Shown here: positions 62,445 to 64,000 of the stretch, in pieces
Layout of the letters: every line of letters begins with the position of its first letter
How positions within the stretch are numbered: position 1 is the first letter of the stretch
Assembly: GCF_006345805.1 (NCBI RefSeq)
Contig: NC_043010.1
Span: forward strand, 29,760,001 to 29,824,000
Reading direction: 5' to 3'
From: Octopus sinensis
Lineage: Eukaryota
DNA: 64,000 nt
Translations under genes and position numbers: made by a program
Notes under the pieces: model-generated
Database searches by the model: none
What the model saw: only the letters and a program-made list of their open reading frames with translations
Told to the model about the DNA's origin: nothing

Positions 62445-63258
62445 TTACGAGTACAGGGCTTGCCATAAGTGATTGCTCACCTGGGAGGAGTATTCTTTCA
62501 TGTTTTTGTACGAAGAACCTTTCAGAAAGTTGTTCTGCATGAATGACATTGCAGCCGGGGTGGGATGGGGGTGGGGGTGGGAATGGTTGTTGTGGTGAGC
62601 GTTTCGGAACTGAGCGTGCGTTCGCTTGTGCCTTTGCAGCTTGTCCGTGCGAGCGAACTGCTTGCCGCACGCCTCACAACTGAATGGTTTCTCGCCGGTA
62701 TGAGTCCGCTTGTGGATCTGCAAAGTGTCTCGTCTCGCAAACTGTTGGATGCAGTAGTCGCAGCGGAATGGTTTCTCAAAGGTGTGGGTCCTCTTGTGAC
62801 AGATGAGCGTGTCGCGACGGGCGAAACGATCTCCGCAGACGTCGCAGGCGAAGGCCTTCTCGCCGGTATGAGTCCGCTTGTGGATCTGCAGAGTGTCACC
62901 GCGGGCAAACTGCTGAATGCAGAAGTCGCAGTGAAAGGGTTTCTCGCAGGTGTGGGTCCTCCTATGACAACGGAGCGTGTCACGCCTCGCAAACTGTTCG
63001 CTGCAAAAATCGCAACGAAACGGTTTTTCGCCGGTGTGGGTGCGCTTGTGGCAAATGAGGGTGTCACGTCGTGCAAACTGTTTGGGGCACGACTCGCAAT
63101 GAAATGGTTTCTCGCCAGTGTGGGTGCGTTTGTGGCATTGAAGTGTGTCTCGGCGTGCAAATTTCTTCATACAGACATCACAGTGGTAGGGCTTCTCTCG
63201 CTGCTCTGTAGCAGTTGGCTGTTGTTGTTGTTGCTGTTGTTGTTGAGATTGTTGACCG

Positions 63259-63289
<31 letters not shown>

Positions 63290-63983
63290 GATGGTGGTTG
63301 TTGGCATTGTTGTTAATGCTGCTGTTTTCATTGCCATGCATGTGAACATGGTGTGCAGACTGCGATGATGGGGTTCGGTTTGATATGTGGTGGCCACTGG
63401 GTAGTATGTCAGAGGTAGGGGGAGAGGAGCAAGGCCCACCACTGCCTGTCACTCTTAAAGGGGATACTGCTGATGATGGTGTTGTTGTTGTTGTCGATGG
63501 TGTTGAAGATGACGATGACGAGGATGACGGCCCCGGTGGAGGCATCACACCTGAGTGAGAGTGGGTAGGAGACTTGGATCCGCCACCACTCTGAATAGCA
63601 TAGGGCTTGCCATAGTTATCCCAGCTGGAGTTGTTGCTAGCATTGTTATTGTTGTTGCTCTCGGTACCCATGTTGTTGCCGCTGCTTGTGTTGTTGCTGG
63701 TGTTGGCTGAGGATTCAGAGGAACAGGGCATGCGACTCAGATTGTGAGAGCTTCCATGCTGTTGCTGGGGGTGGCAACCGGCATGGTTAGGATGATGGTG
63801 ATGGTGGTGGTGATGGTGGGGGTGGGTGTGAGAATGGGGGTGGGAGTGGGCATGCAGGGACTGTGAGTGCTGGCGCAGCTCACAGCTCGGTGGTGCATAC
63901 TGCATGCCACTGCACATATCCTCTCCAGCATGATGTGCAAATGGAGGTGCAGGGGGCATGGACCCGACAACTTTCTCATTCAT
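62445..63983 (-). CDS. C2H2 zinc-finger protein, 512 aa, 7 near-identical fingers, His/Ser/Gln/Asn-rich N-terminus
   Basis: Seven tandem CxxC-x12-HxRTH fingers with TGEKPF-type linkers and an intact ORF. Possible acceptor CAG at 63991-63993. The frame is open to the window edge, so the true start may lie upstream. Confidence 0.95.
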
Positions 63984-64000
63984 CTTCAGTCTGAATGCTT

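Noticed and set aside
62437-63979. Antisense 267-aa and alternative-frame 212/91/80/77-aa ORFs as separate genes
   Set aside because: They lie entirely within the ZNF CDS and are explained by repetitive, GC-rich codons.

Overview
AT-rich, CpG-depleted, microsatellite-dense eukaryotic DNA. The SINE/MITE types, microsatellites and intronless C2H2 genes suggest an octopus-like cephalopod genome (inference). It holds three uninterrupted C2H2 zinc-finger ORFs of about 7 fingers each: 11360-12340 (+), 31172-32791 (-) and 62445-63983 (-). The rest is largely a transposon graveyard: a full-length decayed mariner with TIRs and TA TSD, Tc1 and two hAT transposase relics, RTE LINE 3' ends, several tRNA-derived SINE families, and 8-bp-TSD, piggyBac-type and pogo-type MITEs. 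Less expected signals: two divergent 28S rRNA fragments, colinear on the minus strand (one spans the sarcin-ricin loop); CpG-decayed minimal hammerhead ribozymes; a 405-bp near-perfect palindrome; a head-to-head SINE hairpin; a 62-bp x4 minisatellite; two CpG-retaining candidate bidirectional promoters; and one ZNF whose fingers almost all share the same RRDTL helix. No prokaryotic genes, CRISPR array or intact transposase were found. All family assignments rest on motifs recalled from memory, not database searches.
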